Part shown: positions 8,511 through 18,698 of the stretch, in pieces | How positions within the stretch are numbered: position 1 is the stretch's first letter | Layout of the letters: every line of letters starts with the position of its first letter | Assembly (NCBI GenBank): GCA_016869415.1 | Contig: VGEI01000001.1 | Coordinates: 1-50,076, forward strand | Reading direction: 5' to 3' | Length of the DNA stretch: 50,076 bases | DNA from: Alphaproteobacteria bacterium | GTDB lineage: Bacteria > Pseudomonadota > Alphaproteobacteria > CACIAM-22H2 | Notes under the pieces: generated by a model | What the model was told of the DNA's origin: nothing | The model's database searches: none | What the model saw: only the letters and a program-made list of their open reading frames with translations | Translations under genes and position numbers: made by a program

Positions 8511-9314
8511 ATGAAAGTCTCGCTGATCCAGATGAACTCGCAGGAGAACAAGGCGGCCAACCTCGCCCAGGCCAAGCGCCTGATCGAGGAGGCGGTGGCC
8601 GCCGACCGGCCGGACCTCGTGCTGCTGCCGGAGATGTTCACTCATTTAAGCGAGAACCGGGAGGCCAAGAAAGCCGCGGCCGAGACGCTGCCGGGTGGCG
8701 AAGCCTGGACCCTGCTGCGCGACCTGGCCAGGAAGCACCGCATCGTCGTACACGGCGGCAGCTTGCTTGAGGCCGAGGGCGACAAGCTCTACAACACGAC
8801 CTGCGTCTTCGAGCGCGACGGCACGGAGATCGCGCGCTACCGCAAGATCCACCTGTTCGACGTGGTTACACCCGACGGCAAGGAATACCGGGAGTCCGCC
8901 ACGTTCGCTCGTGGGGGCGAGGTGGTGACCTATCAGGCCGAGGGCCGGTCGATCGGCGCCTCGATCTGCTACGACGTCCGCTTTCCGGAGCTCTACCAGG
9001 CGCTGGCCAAGAAGGGCGCCGAGATCATCATGGTGCCCGCCGCGTTCACGCTGCAGACCGGCAAGGATCATTGGGAAGTGCTGCTACGCGCCCGCGCGAT
9101 CGAGACCGAGACCTATGTCCTGGCGGCAGCCCAGTGCGGCACCTATGCGAACGGCAACCGCACCACTTACGGTCATAGTTTAGTGGTCAATCCCTGGGGC
9201 CATGTCATTGCCAGGGCCTACGACAAGCCCGGCTTCGTCACCGCGCGACTCGATTTCGCCTACCAGCGCGACGTGCGGCAGATGATTCCGGTGCAGCAGC
9301 ACAAGGTGCTGTAG
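8511..9314 (+). CDS. Carbon-nitrogen hydrolase family protein (Nit/omega-amidase-like)
   Basis: Glu-Lys-Cys triad contexts: LLPEMF, YRKIHLFD, ASICYDVRFPE. 267 aa. Confidence 0.85.
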   Translation: MKVSLIQMNSQENKAANLAQAKRLIEEAVAADRPDLVLLPEMFTHLSENREAKKAAAETLPGGEAWTLLRDLARKHRIVVHGGSLLEAEGDKLYNTTCVFERDGTEIARYRKIHLFDVVTPDGKEYRESATFARGGEVVTYQAEGRSIGASICYDVRFPELYQALAKKGAEIIMVPAAFTLQTGKDHWEVLLRARAIETETYVLAAAQCGTYANGNRTTYGHSLVVNPWGHVIARAYDKPGFVTARLDFAYQRDVRQMIPVQQHKVL

Positions 9315-9358
9315 GCCGCGGCTCTTGCCGTGAGGCGCCTGCACCTGCGGCGCCGGGC

Positions 9359-10618
9359 TCAATCGTACGAGCGGATATCCTCGATCACCTTGCCGTCGTT
9401 GGGCAAGGTCCCCGGCGGCAGCAATTCGACCTCGCCGCGCATCTTGGTCACGGCCTGTAGGGTGTCGGCGATCTTCGAGGCCAGCGCGTCGTCATGGCCG
9501 CCCGGCCGTTCGATCTTCAGGATCATGACGTCGTTGGCGTCGATGTTGTCGACCACCAGACGGTAGCGGCCGAGATCCTTGTGACGCTTGATCACCTCGG
9601 CGACCTGGCCGGGATGAACGAACATGCCCTTGACCTTGGTCGTCTGGTCAGCGCGTCCCATCCAGCCCTTGAGCCTTATGTTGGTGCGACCGCAAGGGCT
9701 CATGCCCAGCATTACCGCCGAGAGGTCGCCAGTGGCGAAGCGGATCAGCGGGTACTCTGGGTTGAGCGTGGTGACCACGACTTCGCCGGCATCGCCCTCG
9801 GGCACGGGGTCGCCGGTCCCCGGCCGGACGATCTCGACGATGATCCATTCGTCGGCGACTAGGCCTTCGCCGACCACCGATTCGTAGGCGATAAGGCCGA
9901 GATCGGCGGAGGCGTAGCACTGCCGCACTTTGACGCCCATCATTTTGATGTCGTTACGCAGGCTCGGCGGGAGCGCCTCGCCGGAGACCAGGGCGCGTTT
10001 CATCGGCTTGATGTCGATGCCGAGCTCGCGTGCCTTCTCCAGCAGGATCTTTAGGAAGGACGGCGTGCCGGTATAGCCCTTGGGCTTGACATCGGCGATG
10101 GTGCGCACCTGCAGCTCGGTATTGCCGGTACCGGCGGGGATCACGGCGCAGCCCAGTGCGTGGGCGCCCGATTCGAGCATCGAGCCCGCCGGCGTCAGGT
10201 GATAAGCGAAGCTGTTATGGATGATGTTGCCGCGGCGGAAGCCGGCGGCAAACAGGGCGCGGGCCAGGCGCCAATAATCCGGGCGCATCGCCTCGGGGTC
10301 GTAGATCGGGCCGGGCGAGGCGAAGATCCGCGCCAGCTGTCCGGTCTTCACCGCCGTCAGCCCGCCGAAGGGATCGCGCTCCTCGAACAGCTGCTTCTGC
10401 CGCTCGATCAGCTCCGACTTGCGCACGATCGGCAGCTTCGCCAGGGCGCTGCGGTCGCGCACGTCCTCGGGCCGGACATGTTTGAGGCTCTCGGCGAAAC
10501 CCGGCGCGTTGGCCTTGGCGTTGGCGATCTGCTCGGTCAGGGCGTCGAAATGCGCCTGCTCGCGCAGCTCCGGATCGCGGGTCTCTAGCTCGTCGAAATA
10601 CTCGAATTCATCGCTCAT
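9359..10618 (-). CDS. Phenylacetate-CoA ligase-like / F390-synthetase-like adenylate-forming enzyme
   Basis: 419 aa. Overall PaaK-family look. Last gene of the HAAT operon, 2 nt after the livF-type gene. Confidence 0.7.
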   Translation of the reverse strand: MSDEFEYFDELETRDPELREQAHFDALTEQIANAKANAPGFAESLKHVRPEDVRDRSALAKLPIVRKSELIERQKQLFEERDPFGGLTAVKTGQLARIFASPGPIYDPEAMRPDYWRLARALFAAGFRRGNIIHNSFAYHLTPAGSMLESGAHALGCAVIPAGTGNTELQVRTIADVKPKGYTGTPSFLKILLEKARELGIDIKPMKRALVSGEALPPSLRNDIKMMGVKVRQCYASADLGLIAYESVVGEGLVADEWIIVEIVRPGTGDPVPEGDAGEVVVTTLNPEYPLIRFATGDLSAVMLGMSPCGRTNIRLKGWMGRADQTTKVKGMFVHPGQVAEVIKRHKDLGRYRLVVDNIDANDVMILKIERPGGHDDALASKIADTLQAVTKMRGEVELLPPGTLPNDGKVIEDIRSYD

Positions 10619-10620
10619 GG

Positions 10621-11457
10621 TCAGGCCAGCCAGCGTTTGCGCCGCTTGTAGTGCTTGACCTCGCGGTAGCTCTTGCGGCCGGAGGCCGAGAGGCCGAGGT
10701 AGAACTCCTTCACGTCCTCGTTCTGGCGCAGATCCTCGGCCTTGCCGTCCATCACCACGCGACCGTTCTCCAGGATGTAGCCGTAATGGGAGTAGCGCAG
10801 GGCCATGTTGGTGTTCTGCTCAGCCAGCAGGATGGAGACGCCCTCCTTGCGGTTGAGCTGTACCACGATCTCGAAGATCTCCTCGACGAGCTGCGGGGCG
10901 AGGCCCATCGACGGCTCGTCGAGCAGCATCATCTTCGGCCGGCTCATCAGGGCGCGGGCGATAGCGGTCATCTGCTGCTCGCCGCCGGAGGTGTAGCCGG
11001 CTTGCGCTTTGCGGCGCTCCCTGAGCCGCGGGAAATAGGTGTAGCAGCGCTCGAGGTCGGCGAGGATGGCGGCGCGGCCGTCCCGGCGAGAGAAGGCGCC
11101 GGTCAGCAGGTTCTCCTCGACCGTCAGGTGGCCGAAGCAGTGGCGCCCCTCCATCACCTGGATGATGCCGCGCCTGACTAGGTCGGAGGCGGTGAGGCGG
11201 TCGATACGCTCGCCCATCGCTTCGATCGAGCCTTTGGTCACATCGCCACGCTCGGCCTTGAGCAGGTTTGAGACGGCCTTGAGGGTCGTCGTCTTGCCGG
11301 CTCCGTTGGCGCCGAGCAGAGCGACGATACCGCCTGCCGGTACTTCGAGGCTCACGCCCTTCAGCACCAGGATGACGTGGTCGTAGATGACTTCGATGTT
11401 GTTGACCCGCAGCAGGGGGGCGGCGGCCTGGGTCTGGGCGGACGGGACGGCGGTCAT
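10621..11457 (-). CDS. HAAT-family ABC ATP-binding protein (LivF-type, with a C-terminal extension)
   Basis: Walker A GANGAGKTT, signature TSGGEQQM, Walker B MMLLDEPS. Confidence 0.85.
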   Translation of the reverse strand: MTAVPSAQTQAAAPLLRVNNIEVIYDHVILVLKGVSLEVPAGGIVALLGANGAGKTTTLKAVSNLLKAERGDVTKGSIEAMGERIDRLTASDLVRRGIIQVMEGRHCFGHLTVEENLLTGAFSRRDGRAAILADLERCYTYFPRLRERRKAQAGYTSGGEQQMTAIARALMSRPKMMLLDEPSMGLAPQLVEEIFEIVVQLNRKEGVSILLAEQNTNMALRYSHYGYILENGRVVMDGKAEDLRQNEDVKEFYLGLSASGRKSYREVKHYKRRKRWLA

Positions 11458-11470
11458 GGGCGTATCCGGG

Positions 11471-11504
11471 AAAGAAAAAAGGGGCGGGCGTCGGCGCCCG
11501 CCCC
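11471..11504 (-). terminator. Intrinsic terminator inside the operon, after the SBP gene
   Basis: On the minus strand: GGGGCGGGCG-CCGA-CGCCCGCCCC (10-bp perfect stem) followed by TTTTTTCTTT. Confidence 0.75.
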
Positions 11505-11532
11505 TTGTCAGGCGTTCAGGCTGGTGTCCCGC

Positions 11533-12855
11533 TCAGGAGACGCAACCTGCCTTGATGTTCTTCTCCTTGGCGTACTTCTCGGCCGACTCCTTGATCATCG
11601 GCCGCAGCAGATCCTGGTTGGCCCGGTACACGTCGGAGACGAAGTTCCACTTCTTGCCGTCCCATTGCTGGACGCGGGCGCTATGCACGCCGGCGTGGTC
11701 CTGGCACGAAACTCTGATCGGCTGCGCCAGTCCTTCATAGCCCAGTTGCTTGATACGCTCGGCGGTGAGGTTGAGATTCTCGAAGCCCCAACGCACCTGC
11801 TCGCCGGTCATCGGTTTGTTGCCGAAACGGCCCATCGCCGTGCGGATGGCCTCGGAGACGAACAGCGCGTCCATCAGTCCGCGGTTGTAGAGGACTTCGC
11901 CGATCTCCTCCTTCTTACCCGCACCCTGACCCTTGTCGTAGACGTGGGTCACCATGTCCTTGTGCACCGGTGCCACCGAGCCCGCGACGTGGAGTGCCAG
12001 GGAGTAGTAGCCCTTGGCGCCGTCGCCGGCCGGCAGGACGTCGGGCTCGGCGCCTGACCACCACACGCCGAACATCTTTTCGCGCGGATAGTTGACCGCG
12101 ACCGCTTCCTTGATCGAGGTTGAGTTCATCACGCCCCAGCCCCAGAGGAACACCCAGTCGGGGCGGTTCTGGCGGATCTGCAGCCAGGTCGATTTCTGCT
12201 CGACGCCCGGGTGCGTAACCGGCATGGCGTCGAAACGGAAGCCCAGGCGCTTGGAGGCTTCCTCGAGGACCGGGATCGGCTCCTTGCCGTAGGGCGAGTC
12301 ATGATAGACGAGCGCCAGACGCTTGCCCTTGAGCTTGTCGGCGCCGCCGGCCTGGCGGGCGATGTGCTGCATCAGGATGTTGGCGGCGTCCCAGTAGCTG
12401 CCGGTGAGCGGGAAGTTCCACTGGAAGACGCTGCCGTCGACCGAGTCGGCGCGGCCATAGCCCATGGTGAGCAGCGGGATCTTGTCGCCTGGCGCCTTTT
12501 CGGTGAGTGCGAAGGTGATGCCGGTGGAAAGCGGCGAGAAGGCTGCCGCACCGGTCGGGCCCTTGCCCTTCAGGCGCTCGTAGCACTCGACGCCACGATC
12601 GGTGGCGTAGCCGGTCTCGCATTCCTCATAGACGATCTTGACGCCGTTGATGCCGCCGTCGCGCGCGTTGAGCAGCGCGAAATAGTCCTTGCGGCCGTTG
12701 GCGAAGGGGATGCCGTTGGGCGCATAGGCGCCGGTGCGATAGACGAGCGCCGGAACGAATTGTTCGTTCTGGGCCTGTGCCGGGGCCGAGAAGGCCAGCG
12801 GGGCCATAACCGAAGCGGCCCCCGCCAGTCCCAAGGCCAGTCGTGTCAGTTGCAT
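11533..12855 (-). CDS. HAAT-family periplasmic substrate-binding protein (LivK-like; organic or aromatic acid type)
   Basis: 440 aa. Signal peptide MQLTRLALGLAGAASVMAPLAFSAPAQAQ. GGGAGG RBS. Confidence 0.85.
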   Translation of the reverse strand: MQLTRLALGLAGAASVMAPLAFSAPAQAQNEQFVPALVYRTGAYAPNGIPFANGRKDYFALLNARDGGINGVKIVYEECETGYATDRGVECYERLKGKGPTGAAAFSPLSTGITFALTEKAPGDKIPLLTMGYGRADSVDGSVFQWNFPLTGSYWDAANILMQHIARQAGGADKLKGKRLALVYHDSPYGKEPIPVLEEASKRLGFRFDAMPVTHPGVEQKSTWLQIRQNRPDWVFLWGWGVMNSTSIKEAVAVNYPREKMFGVWWSGAEPDVLPAGDGAKGYYSLALHVAGSVAPVHKDMVTHVYDKGQGAGKKEEIGEVLYNRGLMDALFVSEAIRTAMGRFGNKPMTGEQVRWGFENLNLTAERIKQLGYEGLAQPIRVSCQDHAGVHSARVQQWDGKKWNFVSDVYRANQDLLRPMIKESAEKYAKEKNIKAGCVS

Positions 12856-12974
12856 CGATACCTCCCTAATGTTTTTTGCCGGTCAGCCGGTTAACGGTGA
12901 GCGGCGCTGCCCGAAACCTACCAACAAACGGGGGGGCAGGCAAACACCCCGCTTCCTCTTCAACTCCTTGTTCC

Positions 12975-14033
12975 TTAATGCGGAAACGGCCAGAGCCGGA
13001 GCTTTTCCTTGCCAATCTGCCAGAGCCGCGCGAAGCCGTGCGGCTCGGCGATAAGGAAGAAGATGATCAGCGAGCCGAAGATCATCGCCTCGAGATGGGC
13101 GGCGAGCGCCGTCGAGATCGGCATGCCGAAGGCGGCCGGCACCTGATTGATCAGGATGGGCACGGTGAAGATAAAGGCGGCACCCAGGAACGAGCCGAGC
13201 AGCGAGCCGAGCCCGCCGATGATCACCATGAACAGAACCTGGAAGGAGCGGTTGACGTCGAAAGTCAGCGGCTCCCAGGCGCCGAGATGGACGAAGGCCC
13301 AGAGCGCGCCGGCCACGCCGCAATAGAACGAGCTGACAGCGAAGGCCAGCAGCTTGGTATGCAGCAAACGGATGCCGATGATCTCGGCGGCAATGTCCAT
13401 GTCACGCACCGCCATCCAGGCGCGCCCCACCCGGCTGCGCACTAGGTTCTTGGCGAGCAGCGCCATCAGGCAGACGATGCTCAGCACGAGTATGTAGCGG
13501 TTTGCCGGGCTGTTGAACGATACGCCGAAGATGACCAGGTCGGGCGCGTTGGCGTTAGTCTGATAATTGGTGAACCACTTGATGCGGATGAACACCCAGT
13601 CGAGGAAGAACTGCGCCGCCAGGGTGGCGACCGCCAGGTAGAAGCCCTTGATGCGCAGGCTGGGCAGGCCGAAGAGCACCCCGACGAGGGCCGCGAAGCC
13701 GCCCGCCATGAAGATGGCTAGCAGGATATTGATATCGGGGACGCGGAGGACGAGGTTGTAGGCCGCATAGGCGCCCACCGCCATGAAGCCGCCGGTGCCC
13801 AGCGAGACCTGGCCGCAATAGCCGGTCAATAGGTTGAGACCGATCGCTGCCAGGGCAAGTATCAGGAAGGGGATCAGCAGGCCGGTGTAGGTGTACTGCG
13901 TCGCCACCATCGGCACGCCGACGAAAGCGACGACGAGAATCAGGATGATGCCGATCCGGTCCTGCAGGATCGGGAACATCGCCTGGTCGGCGGAGTAGCT
14001 CGTCTTGAACTGGCCGGTCTCGCGGTAGAGCAT
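12975..14033 (-). CDS. HAAT-family permease (LivM-type)
   Basis: 352 aa polytopic protein with typical LivM-like composition. It lies between the livH-type and SBP genes. Confidence 0.85.
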   Translation of the reverse strand: MLYRETGQFKTSYSADQAMFPILQDRIGIILILVVAFVGVPMVATQYTYTGLLIPFLILALAAIGLNLLTGYCGQVSLGTGGFMAVGAYAAYNLVLRVPDINILLAIFMAGGFAALVGVLFGLPSLRIKGFYLAVATLAAQFFLDWVFIRIKWFTNYQTNANAPDLVIFGVSFNSPANRYILVLSIVCLMALLAKNLVRSRVGRAWMAVRDMDIAAEIIGIRLLHTKLLAFAVSSFYCGVAGALWAFVHLGAWEPLTFDVNRSFQVLFMVIIGGLGSLLGSFLGAAFIFTVPILINQVPAAFGMPISTALAAHLEAMIFGSLIIFFLIAEPHGFARLWQIGKEKLRLWPFPH

Positions 14034-14039
14034 GATCGG

Positions 14040-14936
14040 TTACACGCGTTCGATGATGCGATCGCCGAACAGGCCCTGCGGCCGGAACAGCAGGAAGATC
14101 AGGGCCAGCATATAGGCGAACCAGTTCTCGATGCCGCCGCCGAAGACCGGGCCGAGGTAAACCTCGGAGATCTTCTCGCCCATGCCGATAATCAGCCCGC
14201 CGATGATGGCGCCAGGCACCGAGGTGAAGCCGCCGAGGATCAGCACCGGCAGGGCTTTGAGGGCGACCAGGGCGATGGAGAACTGCACGCCCAGCTTGGC
14301 ACCCCAGACCATGCCGGCCACGAGAGCGACAATTCCCGCGGCGGACCAGACGACCAGCCAGATGTAGTTGAGCGGCACGCCGATCGACTGGGCGGCCTGG
14401 TGATCGTCGGCCACAGCGCGCAGCGCCAGGCCGATGCGGGTCTTCTGGAAGAACAGCGCCAGGGCGACGACCAGGGCGCCCGCCACGGCGGCGGCGAAAA
14501 GGTCGAGCTTGTCGACCAGCAGCCCGCCGTCGAAGAGCCATTCCATAATAAAGGCCGGGTCTTTCGGGATGCCGAGGTTGAGCGTGTAAATGTCGCTACC
14601 CCAGATCGTCTGGCCGAAGCCTTCGAGAAAGAAGGCGATGCCCAGCGTTGCCATGAATAGGATGATGCCCTCTTGGTTGACCAGTGGCCGCAGCACGATG
14701 CGCTCGATGATGAAAGCGAGCACGATCATCACCGCGCAGGTGATGGGGAAGGCAAGCCAGAACGGCACCCACTCCGTCAGCCGGACGAGTGTCAGGGCCG
14801 CGAACAGCACCATCGCTCCCTGGGCGAAGTTGAACACGCCGGAGGCCTTGAAGATCAGCACGAAGCCAAGCGCCACGAGTGAATAGAGAACCCCCGCCAG
14901 CAACCCGCCCAGAACCACTTCGAAGAAGAAAGCCAC
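14040..14936 (-). CDS. HAAT-family permease (LivH-type)
   Basis: 298 aa polytopic protein. N-terminus MAFFFEVVLGGLLAGVLYSLVALGFVLIF is typical of LivH. Confidence 0.85.
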   Translation of the reverse strand: MAFFFEVVLGGLLAGVLYSLVALGFVLIFKASGVFNFAQGAMVLFAALTLVRLTEWVPFWLAFPITCAVMIVLAFIIERIVLRPLVNQEGIILFMATLGIAFFLEGFGQTIWGSDIYTLNLGIPKDPAFIMEWLFDGGLLVDKLDLFAAAVAGALVVALALFFQKTRIGLALRAVADDHQAAQSIGVPLNYIWLVVWSAAGIVALVAGMVWGAKLGVQFSIALVALKALPVLILGGFTSVPGAIIGGLIIGMGEKISEVYLGPVFGGGIENWFAYMLALIFLLFRPQGLFGDRIIERV

Positions 14937-14946
14937 GCGCGTCCCT

Positions 14947-15738
14947 TTAATGCTGGACGCCGAGATAGGCGTCGATCACGCGCTGGTCGGCGCGCACCTC
15001 GTCAGGCGTGCCGTCAGCGATCTTCTGACCATATTCCAGAACGACGACGCGGTCGGAGAGATCCATGACCACGCCCATGTCATGCTCGATGAGGGCGATG
15101 GTCGTACCGAACTGGTCGTTGACGTCGAGGATGAAGCGGCACATGTCCTCTTTCTCCTCGACGTTCATGCCGGCCATCGGCTCGTCGAGCAGCAGGAGAT
15201 CGGGTTCCGCGGCAAGCGCCCGGCCGAGCTCGACGCGCTTCTGCAGGCCGTAGGGCAGCTTGCCCACCGGCATCTTGCGGACCGCCTGGATCTCGAGGAA
15301 GTCGATGATCCTCTCCACCGCCTCGCGGTGCTCGAGCTCCTCGCGCTCGGCCGGGCCCCAGTAGAGTGCCTGCCAAAAGAAGCCGCGTTTCATCTTGAGT
15401 AGCCGCCCGCTCATGATGTTGTCGAGTGTCGACATGCCCTTGAACAGGGCGATGTTCTGGAAGGTGCGGGCGATACCCTGCGCGGCGGCCTCGTGCGGGC
15501 GCATCTGCTCGCGCACACTGCCCTTGTAGGTGATCCGGCCCTGCTGCGGGTGATAGAAGCCGTTGATGCAGTTGAGCATCGACGACTTGCCGGCGCCGTT
15601 CGGCCCGATAATGGCGCGGATCTCGCCTTTGCGGACATCGAACGAGACGTTCGACAGCGCGCGCACGCCGCCGAACGAGAGGCTGATGTTCTCGATCTTC
15701 AGCAGCGTGTCGCCGATGACGCGGCCCGTGGAGCTCAT
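14947..15738 (-). CDS. HAAT-family ABC ATP-binding protein (LivG-type)
   Basis: Walker A GPNGAGKSS, signature LPYGLQKRVEL, Walker B LLLLDEPM. Its start overlaps the stop of the upstream ligase gene. Confidence 0.85.
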   Translation of the reverse strand: MSSTGRVIGDTLLKIENISLSFGGVRALSNVSFDVRKGEIRAIIGPNGAGKSSMLNCINGFYHPQQGRITYKGSVREQMRPHEAAAQGIARTFQNIALFKGMSTLDNIMSGRLLKMKRGFFWQALYWGPAEREELEHREAVERIIDFLEIQAVRKMPVGKLPYGLQKRVELGRALAAEPDLLLLDEPMAGMNVEEKEDMCRFILDVNDQFGTTIALIEHDMGVVMDLSDRVVVLEYGQKIADGTPDEVRADQRVIDAYLGVQH

Positions 15739-17729
15739 GCCGCCGTCTTGTGCGCTGGGGAGGCGATCGGCTGGCGCTTGGCCTCCCGGATGGCGAGGTC
15801 GGCCTCGATCGCGCCGGTGCGGCCGTCCTCGAAGGTGACCGTCGTCTTGATGTGGGCGCGGTCGCGATCGGAGTAGAGCCCGTCGATCAGCGCGTTGTAG
15901 CGGTCGCCGATGAAGCGCCGGCGCACCTTGCGGGTGCGGGTCAGCTCGCCGTCATCGGCGTCGAGCTCCTTGTGCAGGATGAGGAAGCGCTTGATCTGCG
16001 AGCCAGCGACGTTGGGGTCGGCGGCGAGATCGCGGTTCACCTTCTCCACGCACTCCTGCAGCAGGTCGTAGACCTCCGGCTTGGCGGCTAGCTCCTGGTA
16101 GCTGCCATAGGACACGGCGCGTTTCTCGGCCCAGTTGCCGACCGCCTCGAGGTCGATGTTGACGAAACAGGCGACGTAGTCCTGGCCGTCGCCGAAGGCG
16201 ACCGCTTCCTTGATGTAGGGGAAGAACTTGAGCTTGTTCTCGATGTACTTGGGCGCGAACAGCGTGCCGTTGCGCAGGCGCCCCACGTCTTTGGCGCGGT
16301 CGATGATCTTGAGATGGCCGTCCTTGTCGAAGAAGCCGGCGTCGCCGGTGTGGACCCAGCCGTCCGGGGTCTTGGTCTCGTTAGTGGCGCTGTCGTTCTT
16401 GTAATAGGTGAGAAAGACGCCCGGGCTCTTGACCAGCACTTCGCCGGACTCGGCGATCTTGATCTCGACTTGCGGGGCCGGTACGCCGACCGTGTCGGCC
16501 TTCACCTGCCCGTCGGGCTGCATGCAGATGAAGACGCTCGTCTCGGTCATGCCGTAGAGCTGCTTCAGGTTAAGGCCAAGCGAGCGGTAGAAGTCGAAGA
16601 TGTCCGGACCGATGGCCTCTCCGGCGGTGTAGCCGAGACGGATGCGGCTGAAGCCCAGCGCATTCTTGAGTGGCGCGTAGACCAGGAAACCTCCGAGCCA
16701 GTAGAGGAAGCGGTCGGCGGCCGAGACCGGGCGCTTGTCGAGGATGGCGATCCCAGCACGGCGCGCCACCTCCATGAAGTACTTGTACATCGAGCGCTTG
16801 AGCCAGCCGGCGTCCTCCATGCGGATGGACACCGTGGTCAGCAGATTCTCGAAGATACGCGGCGGGGCGAAGAAGAAGGTCGGGCCGATTTCGCGCAGGT
16901 CGGTGAGCACGGTGGCGCCGCTCTCCGGACAGGAGAGACAGAACCCGGCGATGAAGGATTCGCCGTAGGAGTAGATGTGGTCGCCGACCCAGGCCATAGG
17001 CAGATAGGCGAGAACCTCGTCGTCGCGCGTCAGGCCGTCGAACTTGATGCCGTTGTGGCCGGAGACGATGACGTTGTCGTAGCTCAGCATCACGCCCTTG
17101 GGCTGGCCGGTCGTGCCCGAGGTGTAGAGCATCACCGAAACATCGGAACCCCGGCCCTTGGCGATCTCGGCGTCGAGGAAGCCGGGATGCTGGTTCTGGA
17201 ACTCGGCGCCCCGTCCTGCGACTTCGGCCAGCGAGACGATGCCCGGCTGGTTGTAGTCGCGCATGCCGCGCGGATCCTTGTAGACGATGTGGCCGGGCCG
17301 TTTGTGCTTGCCGCGGATGACGAGGAGCTTGTCGACCTGCTCCTGATCCTCGGCGATGGCGAAATCGGCCTCGGCATGATCGATGACGAAGCCCATCTCC
17401 TCGGCCACCGAGTCCTGGTAGACCGGGACGGGTACTGCGCCGAGCATCTGTGCGGCGCACATCGACCAATAAAGCTGCGGGCGGTTGTCGCCGACGATGG
17501 CCACCTTGTGGCCGCGCCTGACACCGAGCGAGGCGAGGCCGGCGGCGAATTCTCGGACCTCACCATGGACTTGCTTCCAGGTCCAGGTCTGCCAGATGCC
17601 ATAGTCCTTCTCGCGGATCGACGGCCGGTCGCCGAACTCGCGGGCGTTGCGCTCAAGGAGTTTGGGGAAGGTGTCGGGGAGGCCGTGCGCCGCCGCCGTG
17701 GTTCCGGCTGTTGCTGAGCCGTCAGCCAT
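15735..17729 (-). CDS. AMP-dependent (long-chain-type) acyl-CoA synthetase
   Basis: AMP-binding motif LYTSGTTGQPKGVML. Start taken at MADGSATAG (17729). First gene of the operon. Confidence 0.85.
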   Translation of the reverse strand: MADGSATAGTTAAAHGLPDTFPKLLERNAREFGDRPSIREKDYGIWQTWTWKQVHGEVREFAAGLASLGVRRGHKVAIVGDNRPQLYWSMCAAQMLGAVPVPVYQDSVAEEMGFVIDHAEADFAIAEDQEQVDKLLVIRGKHKRPGHIVYKDPRGMRDYNQPGIVSLAEVAGRGAEFQNQHPGFLDAEIAKGRGSDVSVMLYTSGTTGQPKGVMLSYDNVIVSGHNGIKFDGLTRDDEVLAYLPMAWVGDHIYSYGESFIAGFCLSCPESGATVLTDLREIGPTFFFAPPRIFENLLTTVSIRMEDAGWLKRSMYKYFMEVARRAGIAILDKRPVSAADRFLYWLGGFLVYAPLKNALGFSRIRLGYTAGEAIGPDIFDFYRSLGLNLKQLYGMTETSVFICMQPDGQVKADTVGVPAPQVEIKIAESGEVLVKSPGVFLTYYKNDSATNETKTPDGWVHTGDAGFFDKDGHLKIIDRAKDVGRLRNGTLFAPKYIENKLKFFPYIKEAVAFGDGQDYVACFVNIDLEAVGNWAEKRAVSYGSYQELAAKPEVYDLLQECVEKVNRDLAADPNVAGSQIKRFLILHKELDADDGELTRTRKVRRRFIGDRYNALIDGLYSDRDRAHIKTTVTFEDGRTGAIEADLAIREAKRQPIASPAHKTAA

Positions 17730-17890
17730 GGCCGACGTCCGAGACGCACGTGGTGGCAATGCCCAACGGACTCTCCCTGGTTACCGATCAGCCTCGCCGG
17801 CCGCTGCCGGCGTCTTTCGATGCGCCGAATTATCCGGTCGACCGTGGCTAAGTAGCCGGAAGACGGGGGCTGGTCAAGTTGCGGCTCCGT

Positions 17891-18697
17891 TCAAATTTCG
17901 GTGGTTTGACGGGGGGTTGCGCCACCTTCTGCAATGGATCGCACAAACCCGGCAAGCAGCCCAAGCACCGCGCCCGGCTGGTCACGGTGGGGGGAGTGCC
18001 TGCACGCCGGCAGCAGGGTCACGCTGCAGGGGACGCGTGCCCGGTCGCGGATGCCGGTAATCTGTGCCGCCGTGCCGTATTCGTCATCCTCGCCCTGGAT
18101 GGCCAGGATCGGTGCCTTGATAGCAGGCAGCAAGGCCTCGATGTTCCAGGCGCGGAACGCCGGATCGAGCCAGATGTCGTTCCAGCCCCAGAAGGCATGG
18201 TCGGCGTCGTCATGGTAGCGGCCGAGCCGCTTGCCCAGATCGCTCGAGCGATAGGTGTCCCGGGCCATCTCGATCGACGCGACGGTCAGATCCTCGACGA
18301 AGATGTGCGGGGCCATGACCACCAGCCCGGCGACGTCGTGACCGCTGGCGGCATGGATGAGCGCAATCGAGGCGCCGTCGCTATGACCGACAAGCAGCGG
18401 CCGGCGAAGATTCAGACCCTGCAGCAGCGCCGGCAGGATCTCGCACGCTTCGCGGTGCATGTAGTCGACGTTACGCCTGCCCGCGAGCTTCGACGAACGG
18501 CCGTAGCCACGGCGACTGTAGACGATCGTCTCGGCGCCGGTGGTTGTTGCGGCCTTCTGCGGGAAGTCGCGCCACATGGCCACGCTGCCAAGCCCTTCAT
18601 GGAGCAAGACCAGCGTCGGCAGGCCGGGCGAGGTGGCTGGAAGGCGGACATACTCGAGACGAGCACCGCCGATTTCGACGAACAAAGAAGTGCTCAT
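17891..18697 (-). CDS. Alpha/beta-fold hydrolase
   Basis: Start at MSTSLFVEIGGARLEY (18697), 1 nt after the upstream ATPase stop. Nucleophile elbow GHSDG, acid GEDDEYG, His in CRHSPH. Confidence 0.75.
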   Translation of the reverse strand: MSTSLFVEIGGARLEYVRLPATSPGLPTLVLLHEGLGSVAMWRDFPQKAATTTGAETIVYSRRGYGRSSKLAGRRNVDYMHREACEILPALLQGLNLRRPLLVGHSDGASIALIHAASGHDVAGLVVMAPHIFVEDLTVASIEMARDTYRSSDLGKRLGRYHDDADHAFWGWNDIWLDPAFRAWNIEALLPAIKAPILAIQGEDDEYGTAAQITGIRDRARVPCSVTLLPACRHSPHRDQPGAVLGLLAGFVRSIAEGGATPRQTTEI

Positions 18698-18698
18698 G

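Noticed and set aside
16314-17717. 467-aa ORF on the plus strand
   Set aside because: Antisense to the acyl-CoA synthetase gene. Shadow ORF.
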